Source: Eledone cirrhosa
Taxonomy: Eukaryota
Length of the DNA: 64,000 nt
Direction of reading: 5' to 3'
Assembly: GCA_964016885.1 (NCBI GenBank)
Contig: OZ024750.1
Location: 36,146,001 to 36,210,000 of the forward strand
A program made the translations under genes and the position numbers. Shown here one piece after another: positions 1 to 12,135 of the stretch. Below the pieces are notes generated by a model that was not told the DNA's origin, searched no databases, and saw only the letters and a list, made by a program, of their open reading frames with translations. How positions within the stretch are numbered: the stretch's first letter is position 1; each line of letters starts with the position of its first letter.

Positions 1-237
1 CAACCTCATTTACAGTGAGTGCTGGGTGCTTTTTTGCCATGGCACCTCCACGACCACTTTGCAGTGGAATGATATGGACCCCAGTCCCTATCATCTCATT
101 TCTACAGCTGAGTAAACTGGAGCAATGTGAAATAAAGTGTCTTGCTCAAGGAAACAACACATCACCCGGTCTGAGAATTGAACTCACAACCTTTCGATTG
201 CAAGGCCAATGCTCTAACCACTAAGCCATGTGCCTTC
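1..237 (-). mobile_element. tRNA-derived CORE-type SINE, family A (cut by window edge)
   Basis: Reverse complement of a tRNA-like head (GGCACATGGCTTAGTGGTTAGAGC...GAGTTCAATTC, A/B boxes) plus MIR/CORE-like block CCTTGAGCAAGACACTT...CAGTTTACTCAGCTGTAGAAATG; near-identical to the copy at 3262. Confidence 0.9.
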
Positions 238-833
238 CTATATTCTTTATACTTTATAGATAAAATACAGCTTTATTTAAGCATGTATCTGAGCTAACAC
301 TAATTATCAAGCATGCCCTGGGTCAATATTTCCACAATTCTGGCATTAGACGGATTGTCCAGTATTGGTGAGCGAAGGCTTTGTGGTCTCACCTCTTACT
401 CAAAGGTGTAACAAGGGAAAATAGTGCCTATGGCAAACATTGAAATTGAGCCCCTGCCCATGCAGCAAGCTATATAGTAGTTTAGTAGTTGTTAGACAAT
501 GGGATTGACAGTGAAGTTTAAATAAATGACGGTTTAGGGTATTAAACTGAATTTTCATTTGTTCTAAAGGTATCCTTTACACTTAAGTATACGTAAAGTA
601 TTGGCATAAGTGTTAGTATATTTAAAGGAAGTGATCTGTGTAATACTGATCTTTGACAAATATTAAAACCCTATTAAAATATTTGACAAGTCATACTATG
701 AGGTATGCCTCTGTGATAATGTAGTTCCCAGCACTGTATTTTTATCTATGGTGGCCTAGTAATTTATATAAATGGTTTAATGATCCAGCTACAATAGTGT
801 TTCTCACCCATGATAATCAAAGACAGATCATAC

Positions 834-980
834 TTCTCAAGAAGTTACTTTTTTCACACTCTAATGGTAGCTTATCTGACTTTAATAGAAAGCGCTCCTC
901 GTCCAGGTAGCGCTCCCTTTCAAGTTGTGCCCTTGGCACGCGCCATGCTTGCCATACCTTGGATATGTCTCTGGTCTTAC
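834..980 (-). other. possible isolated exon (147 nt, phase 1-1), product unrecognised
   Basis: Minus-strand acceptor TTTTTACCCATAG, donor GAA|GTATGA, open frame KTRDISKVWQAWRVPRAQLERERYLDEERFLLKSDKLPLECEKSNFLR, locally CpG-rich; no homology recognised. Confidence 0.25.
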
Positions 981-1094
981 CTATGGGTAAAAAGTTGATG
1001 TTTCATTTAGAATTCCACACATAGTGACTGTTTTGTTCCTTTCCATAACCTCAATGTTATGGCAAAGGTGAAGTTCATTGCATTCATCATCAAA

Positions 1095-1295
1095 TGGTGG
1101 CAGGTTGGCAGTAACAGTAGAGCATTGAACACCATGCTTTGCTGTATATAGTTACAACCTTTACATTCTGAGTTCAAATCCTGTCAAAGTTAGCTTTACC
1201 TTTCATCCTTACAGGGTCAGTAAAATAAAGTACCAGTAATGCACTGGTTCGATTTAATTGACTTTCATATTCCCCCAAATTGTTGGCCTAAATCA
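1095..1295 (+). mobile_element. SINE family B, degenerate
   Basis: TTGGCAGTA..GTAGAG head, GAGTTCAAATCC B-box, CCTTTCATCCTTACAGGGTC..TAAAATAAAGTACCAG core. Confidence 0.8.
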
Positions 1296-1744
1296 GGAAT
1301 GATTCCTAGTCAAATGGAATAAAATTCTAGAATACCAGGAATTATTTGCAAACTACTTTTTTCAGCAGTCTCTGGTATTTGAGATGGTTGTTTTTTGTGG
1401 GGTGGCACTGCCAAGTAGATTTTTGTTATTGTTAGTGACTCACTTTACTAACATATCATGTGATTCCCATGGGGGTGCTTGGTTATTCCAGTGTCTTAGC
1501 CTTGCCATCACCCGTAGTAATGCTGTGAATGTGTTGGCTTGCCTAAAAAGTCTTTCAAGGGAAACTCCAGTGCCTCTTTCTTGATATGTGTCTTTTCTCC
1601 CACTCTTTTTGCTCTTTCATTATATATATTATTTTAAATATATATATTGTGTTTATTTATATTCTATTGAAATGAAGGATCTACTTCCATGTATCCTTTG
1701 TTTCCTAAAACAATGTTTAAAGTTGCCTTATAATGTTCAATACA

Positions 1745-2136
1745 CCTTGTCTTTGAACTATGTCTATAACCCATCTCTATAATCCTTGTCTATAAACCTT
1801 GTCTATGGACCTTGTCTATAAGCACTGTCTATAAACCCTGTCTATAAACCTTGTCTATGAACCTTGTCTATGAACCTTGTCTATGAACCCTGTCTATAAA
1901 CCCTGTCTATAAACACTGTCTATAAACCTTGTCTATGACCCTTGCCTATGAACCTTGCCTATAAATCCTGTCTATAAATCCTGTCTATAAACCTTGTCTA
2001 TAAATCCTGTCTATAAACCTTATCTATAAACCTTGTCTATAAACCTTGTCTATAAACCTTGTCTATAAACCTTGTCTATAAAGCGTGTCTATAAACCTTG
2101 TCTATAAACCTTGTCTATAAACCTTGTCTATAAACT
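1745..2136. repeat. 13-bp minisatellite (AAACCTTGTCTAT)n
   Basis: About 28-30 tandem, partly degenerate units. Confidence 0.95.
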
Positions 2137-3204
2137 TTGAAATCTCATTTTCTATGCCAAATCCACAGCTTCCCTCTCAGTAATAACCTGATCAAATGCT
2201 TTGATTCCTCTTTTAAGTTTTGGAATAATTGTTACAATTATTTTTCCAATTGTAGCAGTAATTATTTACAATCATATCATAATTATGTATATAGCATTTG
2301 ATATGGGTTTTAGTTGAAATGAAAAATTAGCTCTTAAATTATTTATTCCTTCGTTAATGTTTTTCAGTTGTAACAGTCTTTTGAAGGACACTTAAAATGT
2401 AGTTCATTATTACATTAGATTTTATAAACATGGATGAAAGAGTTTATTGTGTTATAAACAAAGAAAAGAAAAACATCAACATTCATGTTGAGTTTCAGGA
2501 AAAATATGATACATTTGAGACACTTAAATAAAAACATATTACATATTTATAAATAATCCCTAAATAGTGACAAAAAATTGACTCTTCAAAGAAAAGTGAT
2601 ATCCATTAATAGAGATGGAAGCGCTACTGGTTGTGTGACCTTCTGGTTTGTCTCTAAGGCAGATCGAAAAACATTAATGAAATGATGGAAAATTTAATGT
2701 TAGTTTGTCAGTTTAACACTAATATAGCACTAGATAATGCAACACTTTCCAAAGAAGCTAATGGATTCCTGTCCTTATAGAATTAACATTATTTCATAAA
2801 ATAACTAATAAATACAGACCACAATTTAGTTAATCTTTCGTAGTTTTTTTTTTTTTTTTTTTTTTTTCAAAATTGCCAATTTATGTAACCAGAAAGGTCT
2901 GGCTTATGGTTGTGTCTCTTGTCAATAAAAAATATTTGACGTCTCAGCAATTAATCACAGTTAACCTGCATTTCTTCTGTCTGCATTTTTATCATTCTAT
3001 TTTTTTAATTGTTTTATCAAAATCTGACACAAGTTTACTGTACAATATTTTTGATTTCTTTTGCATGAGGTAATTTTGATGAGAATTGAACATAATCATT
3101 TTAAAACAGAGGCGGGCAATCTTTTAAGTTTTAGTACTGGAAACTGTAAGTGCATAAAAACCTATAGGTTAAGGTTAGGGATATATTGGTGCTGAAAAAA
3201 TATC

Positions 3205-3720
3205 AGGAAGGCGATTAAATCAACCCCAGTGCATTACTGGTGCTTTATTTTACTGACCAATGGAGGCACATGGCTCAGTGGTTAGAGCATTGGCCTTGCA
3301 ATCGAAAGGTTGTGAGTTCAATTCTCAGACCGGGTGATGTGTTGTTTCCTTGAGCAAGACACTTTATTTCACATTGCTCCAGTTTACTCAGCTGTAGAAA
3401 TGAGATGATAGGGACTGGGGTCCATATCATTCCACTACAAAGTGGTCGTGGAGGTGCCACGGCAAAAAAGCACCCAGCACTCACTGTAAATGAGGTTGGT
3501 GTTAGGTAGGGCATCCAGCTGTAGAAATCAAGCCAAAATCAGTTCCCGTCCCACCCTTGCAAGCAGGGAAAAAGCGGACATAAAATGAAATGATGATGAT
3601 GAAATGAAGGATGAAAGGCAAAGCAAACCACAGCGGGATTTGAACTCAGAATGCAAAGGGCCGTAATTCTATGCAGCAAAGCATATTGTCTGATGCTCTA
3701 TTGATTCTGCTAATTCACCA
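3205..3720 (-). mobile_element. SINE family B split by a nested family A SINE
   Basis: 3205-3260 and 3607-3720 are consecutive parts of the family B consensus on the minus strand. Confidence 0.8.
3262..3606 (+). mobile_element. full-length CORE-type SINE family A with RTE-derived tail
   Basis: tRNA head, CORE block, GGTGTTAGG.AGGGCATCCAGC block, tail CCCGTCCCACCCTTGCAAGCAGGGAAAAAGCGGAC+(ATG)n. Confidence 0.92.
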
Positions 3721-3797
3721 AATTATAATATATGAAACAAAAGAAATGGAAAGAAGAAAAATAAAAAAGCGAATTAAGAAAGGAAAGGAAGATAGAG

Positions 3798-4122
3798 AGG
3801 TGATGGTATGGTTGTGGTGGTGTGGTGGTGATGGTATGGTTGTGGTGGTGATGGTATGGTTGTGGTGGTGGCGTTGGTATGGTTGTGGGGAGGGAGGGGG
3901 GTATGGTTGTGGGGGTTATGGTGATGGTGCTGTGGTGGTGATGGTATGGTGGTGATACTGGTGATATGGTTGTGGTGGTGGTTGTGGTATGTTTGTGATG
4001 GTGATGGTGATGGTATGGTTGTAATGGTGATTGTGACAATATGGTGGTGGTGTGGTTGTGGGGTGGTGGTATGTTGCTGTGGTGGTGGTGGTATGGTCAT
4101 GGTGCTGTCGTGATGGTGGTGG
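3798..4122. repeat. GGT/GAT-rich compound microsatellite
   Basis: Tandem GGT/GAT/GGTATGGTT units; source of spurious His/Thr/Pro ORFs. Confidence 0.95.
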
Positions 4123-4224
4123 GCTCCCATTTGCTCACAATAGTGAGAGATGGGGAGAGCGAGTGAGATGGAGGCAGTGACAGTGGGAGTTTGGTTCCTT
4201 TGTGTTCGGACCTGATGTATATGG

Positions 4225-5003
4225 CAGTAGCTATGATGGTTTAAAATGACCAACGATCTAATGACAGTAGCTGTGATGGTTAAAACAGTCTAATTATCTA
4301 ATGACAGTTGCTGTGATGGTTAAAACAGTCTAATTATCTAATAACAGTTGCTGTGATGGTTAAAATAGTCTTAATATCTAGAGACAATAGCTGTGATGGT
4401 TAAAACAGTCATAATATATAATTGTTTCTACTTTTGGCACAAGGCCAGCATTTATCCCAGTGTATTACTGGTACTTTATTTTATCGACCCCGTAAGGATG
4501 AAAGGCAAAGTTAACCTCGGCGGGATTTGAACTCAGACTGTAAAGGGACGTAACTCTATGCTTCAAAGCATGGTATCCGACTCTCTACCGATGATGGTTA
4601 AAACCATCTAAATATATAATGACAGTGTCTATGATGGTTAAAACAGTCAAAATATCTAATAACAGTAGCTATGATGCTTAAAAATGACTAAATATATAAT
4701 GACAGTAGCTATGATAGTTAAAACTGACTTAATATCTAATGACAGTAACTGTGATGGTTAAAACTGACTAAATATGAAATGACAGTAGCTGTGCTGGTTA
4801 AAACTGACTAAATATGAAATGACAGTAGCTGTGATGGTTAAAACAGTCTAAATATCAAATGTGATGGTTGTAACAGTCTAACTATCTAATGACAGTAGTT
4901 GTGATGGTTAAAACAGTCAAAATATCTAATGACAGTAGCTGTGATGGTTAAAACTGACTAAATATTTAATGACAATAGCTATGATAGTTAAAACTGACTA
5001 AAT
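4225..5003. repeat. 40-bp minisatellite interrupted by a SINE B (about 4419-4590, minus)
   Basis: Unit ATGACAGTAGCTGTGATGGTTAAAACAGTCTAATTATCTA. Confidence 0.92.
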
Positions 5004-5717
5004 AATAGTAAACCTTGTTAAATTTTGTTCTATGCTGTTAAAATCTTGACTGGCATGTGGTTTTTTGTTTAACTCTTGGTCAACTTTGATCAAAATGACT
5101 GATGTTCTATCTTTTATAAATTATAAGGTCTACACTATTTTATATATCCTTTCCTTATTCATGGTAGCTGAGTATGATTTAGGCTGATTTGGCTGCTATT
5201 TCTAACAGGTTGTGCGACCACAATGAGGTCCCCAAATATAATCTTGTGCTTCTGCTTGTGCTATATTTAGCAAATAAATCATGTAAGTCTTGTTTTTTTT
5301 CTCATCCATAACTGTTGAAGACAAAATGTTTTCATAAGATCTAAATATATTTCAGCAGCTGAAATGGACACTCTGTTGGATTCGATATGTTCTTCAGACG
5401 TCTACAGATGTTAAACCTTCAACAAATATAAAATGTACCTTCCTAGAATGTTTCCAGATTCTGAAGATGTTTGTGAACATTGTCGTATTTATAGTAACAG
5501 ATTCAAAATATAATTTAACAAATCTAATAAATACTATTTTATATCTGTCTTGTTAATTTCACAAGAGTTCATGTGGCAATAAACTATTTCGAATTGTATA
5601 TTTTTATAGCATTTATATAACTTATAACTCATTACTTTTGACATAAAATAAACTTTAAGAAAATTTAATGCTTTCAGGAAATTATTTTCAAGACATTGCA
5701 ACATAATTTAATAAATT

Positions 5718-5972
5718 GTCACGACAAAAAAAAACACAGTCCACGCTGTAATGTGGCCATGTAGGTAACACGGTAAAAAGTTCCCAGTTACACGCAGTAA
5801 ATGTGGTTGGTGTTAGGAAGGTCATCCAGCCATAGAAAACCTGCCAGATAGTCCTATATTAGCGAGACACGACGGTCACCCGACCAACCTTGCCTCAAGT
5901 GGGACAACTCCCGTCTAACCCATGCTACCATGGAAGATGGACGTTAAACGAAGATGATGATGATGATGATGA
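5718..5972 (+). mobile_element. SINE 3' part, family D (AGGAAGGGCATCCAGC block plus different RTE-like tail)
   Basis: Shared with 49450-49600 (-), 53960-54120 (+), 61880-62290 (-), 63480-63750 (+); ends CCATGCTA.CATGGAAGATGGACGTTAAAC+(GAT)n. Confidence 0.8.
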
Positions 5973-6176
5973 ATGTTAATACAACTCAATGTTATGATGA
6001 ATTCTAACAGTTTGAAATATTCAATTTTCATAATAAAAATTATAATTACGAATACAAACACACAAAAAAACTATTAATATTATTAAACTATAATACATCT
6101 TATAATGATTTATCAGTTAAGAATTTTATTTTATTCTTAACCCATATTAGCCGTTATATGTATTTAATTCTACAAT

Positions 6177-7144
6177 ATCTGATCACCTGGTAAAATGTCA
6201 GTGTATATCAACTAAATGTAGACCTCTGGTTCATCTGATCCCCTGGTAAAATGTCAGTGTATATCAACTAAATGTAGACCTCTGGCTCATCTGATCACAT
6301 GGTAAAATGTCAGTGTATATCAACTAAATGTAGACCTCTGGCTCATCTGATCCCCTGGTAAAATGTCAGTGTATATCAACTAAATGTAGACCTCTGGCTC
6401 ATCTGATCACATGGTAAAATGTCAGTGTATATCAACTAAATGTAGACCTCTGGCTCATCTGATCCCCTGGTAAAATGTCAGTGTATATCAACTAAATGTA
6501 GACCTCTGGCTCATCTGATCACATGGTAAAATGTCAGTGTATATCAACTAAATGTAGACCTCTGGCTCATCTGATCCCCTGGTAAAATGTCAGTGTATAT
6601 CAACTAAATGTAGACCTCTGGCTCATCTGATCCCCTGGTAAAATGTCAGTGTATATCAACTAAATGTAGACCTCTGGCTCATCTGATCACATGGTAAAAT
6701 GTCAGTGTATATCAACTAAATGTAGACCTCTGGCTCATCTGATCCCCTGGTAAAATGTCAGTGTATATCAACTAAATGTAGACCTCTGGCTCATCTGATC
6801 ACATGGTAAAATGTCAGTGTATATCAACTAAATGTAGACCTCTGGCTCATCTGATCCCCTGGTAAAATGTCAGTGTATATCAACTAAATGTAGACCTCTG
6901 GCTCATCTGATCCCCTGGTAAAATGTCAGTGTATATCAACTAAATGTAGACCTCTGGCTCATTTGATCACCTGGTAAAATGTCAGAGTGTATATCAACTA
7001 AATGTAGGCCACTGACTCTGGTAAAATGTCAGAGTGTATATCAACTAAATGTAGGCCACTGACTCTGGTAAAATGTCAGAGTGTATATCAACTAAATGTA
7101 GACCTCTGGCTCACCTGATCCCCTGGTAAAATGTCAGAGTGTAT
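6177..7144. repeat. 56-bp minisatellite, about 17 copies
   Basis: Unit CTGATCCCCTGGTAAAATGTCAGTGTATATCAACTAAATGTAGACCTCTGGCTCAT; CCCCT/CACAT variants. Confidence 0.97.
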
Positions 7145-7682
7145 GGATGCAAAATGCAGACCAAATGTTTCTACTAGAGAGGTGTCATAGAAAGATGAAT
7201 CTATAGCTAGGCAAGACATCAACAGCAGTGTCATACTGGGGGTTTTGGAGCATGTCTGCAGCTCCATCAATCCACTTCCAATGTAGTCTTTCCCTGCCTC
7301 TGAAGCTTGAGATGGCTAGCCAATTAGTATACTTATCAGATGACTAAACCCTTTTACATATTGTTGAGCTATAAACAGGATGACAAGGAGAAGGGAGAAG
7401 GAGTAAGAAATAATTGTTTCTACTTTAGGCACAAGGCCAGCAATTTGAAGGAAAGAGGAAAGTCGATTAAATCAACCCCAGTGCTTATTGGTACTTTATT
7501 TTATTGACCTTGTAAGGATGAAAGGCGAAGCTAACCATCTGCCAAAGATCTTCATTACTCATCTAATTCCTTCAGATCTTGACAGCAGCTTGCAGGAGCA
7601 TAGGTTGAGAGGATATACACCAGGGCTTAGTTCAGAGTTTGGCTCTGGAACGTGTATGTTTGAGCGGGGATATTAACTGTGT

Positions 7683-9480
7683 CAACCAGGCAGGTTTTGG
7701 TTGTCCATAGATATACTTTGAGTGTTTAGGAGCGGTGCTAGTTGATAGTTGGATTGACCAGGCAGGTTTTGGTTGTCCATAGATATACTTAGTGTTTAGG
7801 AGAGGTGCTAGTTGATAGTTGGATTGACCAGGCAGGTTTTGGTGTCCATAGATATTCTTAGTGTTTAGGAGAGGTGCTAGTTGGATTGACCAGGCAGATT
7901 TTGGTGTCCATAGATATTCTTAGTGTTTAGGAGAGGTGCAAGTTGATAGCTGGGTCGACCAGGCAGGTTTTGGTTGTCCATAGATATTCTTAGTGTTTAG
8001 GAGAGGTGCAAGTTGATAGCTGGGTTGACCAGGCAGATTTTGGTGTCCATAGATATTCTTAGTGTTTAGGAGAGGTGCTAGTTGATAGCTGGGTTGACCA
8101 GGCAGATTTTGGTGTCCATAGATATTCTTAGTGTTTAGGAGAGGTGCAAGTTGATAGCTGGGTCGACCAGGCAGGTTTTGGTTGTCCATAGATATTCTTA
8201 GTGTTTAGGAGAGGTGCAAGTTGATAGCTGGGTTGACCAGGCAGATTTTGGTGTCCATAGATATTCTTAGTGTTTAGGAGAGGTGCAAGTTGATAGCTGG
8301 GTTGACCAGGCAGATTTTGGTGTCCATAGATATTCTTAGTGTTTAGGAGAGGTGCAAGTTGATAGCTGGGTTGACCAGGCAGATTTTGGTGTCCATAGAT
8401 ATTCTTAGTGTTTAGGAGAGGTGCAAGTTGATAGCTGGGTTGACCAGGCAGATTTTGGTGTCCATAGATATTCTTAGTGTTTAGGAGAGGTGCTAGTTGA
8501 TAGCTGGGTTGACCAGGCAGATTTTGGTGTCCATAGATATTCTTAGTGTTTAGGAGAGGTGCAAGTTGATAGCTGGGTCGACCAGGCAGGTTTTGGTTGT
8601 CCATAGATATTCTTAGTGTTTAGGAGAGGTGCAAGTTGATAGCTGGGTTGACCAGGCAGATTTTGGTGTCCATAGATATTCTTAGTGCTTAGGAGAGGTG
8701 CAAGTTGATAGCTGGGTCGACCAGGCAGGTTTTGGTTGTCCATAGATATTCTTAGTGTTTAGGAGAGGTGCAAGTTGATAGCTGGGTTGACCAGGCAGAT
8801 TTTGGTGTCCATAGATATTCTTAGTGTTTAGGAGAGGTGCTAGTTGATAGCTGGGTTGACCAGGCAGATTTTGGTGTCCATAGATATTCTTAGTGTTTAG
8901 GAGAGGTGCAAGTTGATAGCTGGGTCGACCAGGCAGGTTTTGGTTGTCCATAGATATTCTTAGTGTTTAGGAGAGGTGCAAGTTGATAGCTGGGTTGACC
9001 AGGCAGATTTTGGTGTCCATAGATATTCTTAGTGTTTAGGAGAGGTGCAAGTTGATAGCTGGGTTGACCAGGCAGGTTTTGGTTGTCCATAGATATTCTT
9101 AGTGTTTAGGAGAGGTGCAAGTTGATAGCTGGGTTGACCAGGCAGATTTTGGTGTCCATAGATATTCTTAGTGTTTAGGAGAGGTGCAAGTTGATAGCTG
9201 GGTCGACCAGGCAGGTTTTGGTTGTCCATAGATATTCTTAGTGTTTAGGAGAGGTGCAAGTTGATAGCTGGGTTGACCAGGCAGATTTTGGTGTCCATAG
9301 ATATTCTTAGTGTTTAGGAGAGGTGCAAGTTGATAGCTGGGTCGACCAGGCAGGTTTTGGTTGTCCATAGATATTCTTAGTGTTTAGGAGAGGTGCAAGT
9401 TGATAGCTGGGTCGACCAGGCAGATTTTGGTGTCCATAGATATTCTTAGTGTTTAGGAGGGTGCTAGTTGATAGCTGACT
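7683..9480. repeat. 69/70-bp minisatellite, about 26 copies
   Basis: Unit GACCAGGCAGATTTTGGTGTCCATAGATATTCTTAGTGTTTAGGAGAGGTGCAAGTTGATAGCTGGGTT with a 70-bp variant. Confidence 0.97.
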
Positions 9481-9970
9481 GAGTTTTCCTAGTTTCAACA
9501 CTAGTTCTCTATTTCTCTGCCTAACTCCATGTCATCAGCAACAATGCCAATTAAGTATGTGAACTCAGTTGTTTAATTGTACTCTATATCATTTTGAAAA
9601 AAAAATTAAACTTTTACCATGGAAATGACAAAACCAACTATTACCTCATCAATACATGATAATAATAATAATCTATTAACAATAATCAATAATAAATATT
9701 TCTGATATTCCTATAATCTTCAATACAAAAGACAAGATGGAGTAACAGATTAAGAACAGAAAGAATAGACACAAAAGAGAAGAGACAGTCATTGAGGAGG
9801 TCATGTCTTCAATATATATTTTCTAATATTCCTTATTTTGATTAACCTAATAAAGTTCAACTCTACATACATCAGCAACATATATAGTTGATAAGAATCT
9901 ATTAGTAATAAGATTTAATGCATGTCTTCGATATTTTCATAATCTTTCATATATTTTCTAATATTCTTTC

Positions 9971-10598
9971 TTAACCGTTTAGCATTTACATTACTCTTAT
10001 GGAGGCACATGGCTTAGTGGTTAGAGCAATGACCTTGCAATCGAAAGGTTGTGAGTTCAATTCTCATACCGGGTGATGTGATGTTTCCTTGAGCAAGACA
10101 CTTTATTTCACATTGCTCCAGTTTACTCAGCTGTAGAAGTGAGATGATAGGGACTGGGGTCCCTATCATTCCACTGCAGAGTGGTCGTGGAGGTGCCACG
10201 GCAAAAAAAAAAGCACCCAGCCCACACTGTAAAGTGGACGTGTAGGCGCCACAGCAAAAAAGCACCCAGCACTCACTGTAAATGAGGTTGGTGTTAGGAA
10301 GGGCATCCAGCTGTAGAAATCAAGCCAGAATCAGTTCCCGTCCCACCCTTGCAAGCAGGGAAAAGCGGACGTAAAATGATGATGATGATCTCTATATATA
10401 CAATTATATTTTCATGGTAAAGGCTTTACCTCTCATAATTATCTCACATAATATGGAATCTACAAGATTTTGATGTTATTATTTATTTTGAGAACAATAC
10501 CTTAATGTCAGTATGAGTGGCCACTTATGGCTAGTTGAAACAGAAAAAGATGAGAGAATTGTGGCAGGATATGGCCAGTTTGAATGCTAAAGGGTTAA
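9971..10598. mobile_element. TTAA-flanked piggyBac-like MITE containing a nested SINE A
   Basis: Ends TTAACCGTTTAGCATT ... AATGCTAAAGGGTTAA; interior matches copies at 13619, 27189, 33577, 40303, 61527. Confidence 0.8.
10001..10389 (+). mobile_element. SINE family A, long variant with internal duplication
   Basis: Full head, CORE block and tail; extra AAAAAGCACCCAGC..CACTGTAAA unit. Confidence 0.92.
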
Positions 10599-10811
10599 TT
10601 ATTCTTTTTTCCTCCTCCTTAACCTTGAAATTAGGTTTATAAGCTTTTATCCTACAGTTTCTTCATATTCTTCTCTTTTTTTTTCTCTCTTAGACTGATA
10701 TTATATACACTTGATTTAAAATACTTGCTACCCATGCAGCATTGTTGTTGTTGTTGTTGTTGTCACAGTTGTTGTTGTCTTCACTGTTGCTGTTGTTATT
10801 GTTATAACAGG

Positions 10812-11005
10812 GTGGTGGATTGGCAGTATCGGTAGGGAGTCGGACAACATGCTTTGTAGCATAGAGTTACGGCCCTTTATGATCTGAGTTCAAATCCCGC
10901 CGAAGTTAACTTTACTTTTCATCCTTACAGGGTCGATAAAATAAAGTACCAGTAATGCACTGAGATAATTGCTGGCCTTGTGCCAAAAATAGAAACAGTT
11001 ATTGT
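10812..11005 (+). mobile_element. SINE family B, full length
   Basis: GGTGGATTGGCAGTATCGGTAG head through GGCCTTGTGCCAAAA.TAGAAACA tail. Confidence 0.88.
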
Positions 11006-11139
11006 TATAACAACAGCTTTGCTGTAATGAAAGTGATATTAGAAGTTTTGTCTGAAGAGTAACATTTTATTTGAGCCACATATGATATCAACATTAACGG
11101 AAAGATGTGATACGTGATAGGAGGGAAAACTGATGTGAA

Positions 11140-12135
11140 ATGATGATGGTGGTGTTAGTGGTGATGGTGATGATGGTGATAGTGGTGATAGTGGTGATTG
11201 TGATGATCTGGTGGTGGTGATGGTGATGGTGGTGATTGTGATGTGGTGGTGATGATGGTGATAGTGGTGATTGTGATATGCTGGTGGTGGTGGTGATAGT
11301 GGTGATTGTGATATGCTGGTGGTGGTGGTGATAGTGGTGATTGTGATGATATGGTGGTGGTGGTGGTGATGATGGTGATAGTGGTGATTGTGATGATATG
11401 CTGGTGGTGGTGGTGGTGGTTGTGATGATATGCTGGTGGTGGTGGTGATGGTGGTGATTGTGATGATATGCTGGTGGTGGTGGTGGTGGTGGTGGTGATG
11501 GTAGTGCTGGTGGTGATGATGATGATGACAATGATAGTGAAGATATGTTGGTGGTGATCATGGTGATGATGATTGTGATGATGATGATGATGATATTGAT
11601 GATGATAATGATGATGGTCATGGTCATGGTGATGATGATAGTGATGACAACAACGATGATGATGATGATGATGTGATGGTGGTGGTGGTGGTGATGATGA
11701 TAACATGCTGTTGTTGGTGATGACAACAATGATGATATGCTTTTGGCGGTGATGTTGATGATGATAATAATATACTGGTCATCGTGCTGATGATGATATA
11801 TTATGTTATATCTTGTTATGATATATTGTTATTATATGATATGATATGTTATGATATATATGATATGATATGTTATGATATCGTGTTATGATATCTTGTT
11901 ATGACATCTTGTTATGATATCTTGTTATGGTATGATATGATATGTTATGATATCTTGTTATGATATCTTATGTTATGATATCTTATGTTATCTTATGTTA
12001 TGATAACTTGATATGATATGATATATGTTATATGATATGATATGTTATGTTATGATATGATATGATATGATATGTTATGATATGATATGATATGTTATAT
12101 GATATGATATATGTTATGCAATAATATGTTATGCA
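11140..12135. repeat. (GGT/GAT)n tract followed by (ATATG/TTATG)n tract
   Basis: Trinucleotide tract to about 11800, then pentanucleotide tract. Confidence 0.95.

Noticed and set aside
15-224. Recurrent ORF ...LQLSKLEQCEIKCLAQGNNTSPG... looking like a gene family
   Set aside because: Antisense reading of SINE family A
3262-3335. tRNA genes at SINE heads
   Set aside because: A/B boxes present but no complete cloverleaf; they run directly into the CORE block
5335-5405. Minus-strand CTGAAGA...GAAATATAT hammerhead-like motif
   Set aside because: Stem I has two mismatches next to the core and stem II does not pair convincingly; at best a decayed copy
6177-9480. CRISPR-like regular repeats
   Set aside because: No unique spacers, no cas genes, eukaryotic context
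11094-11729. His/Thr/Pro-rich ORFs (also 3671-4253, 15210-15657)
   Set aside because: GGT/GAT microsatellite artefacts
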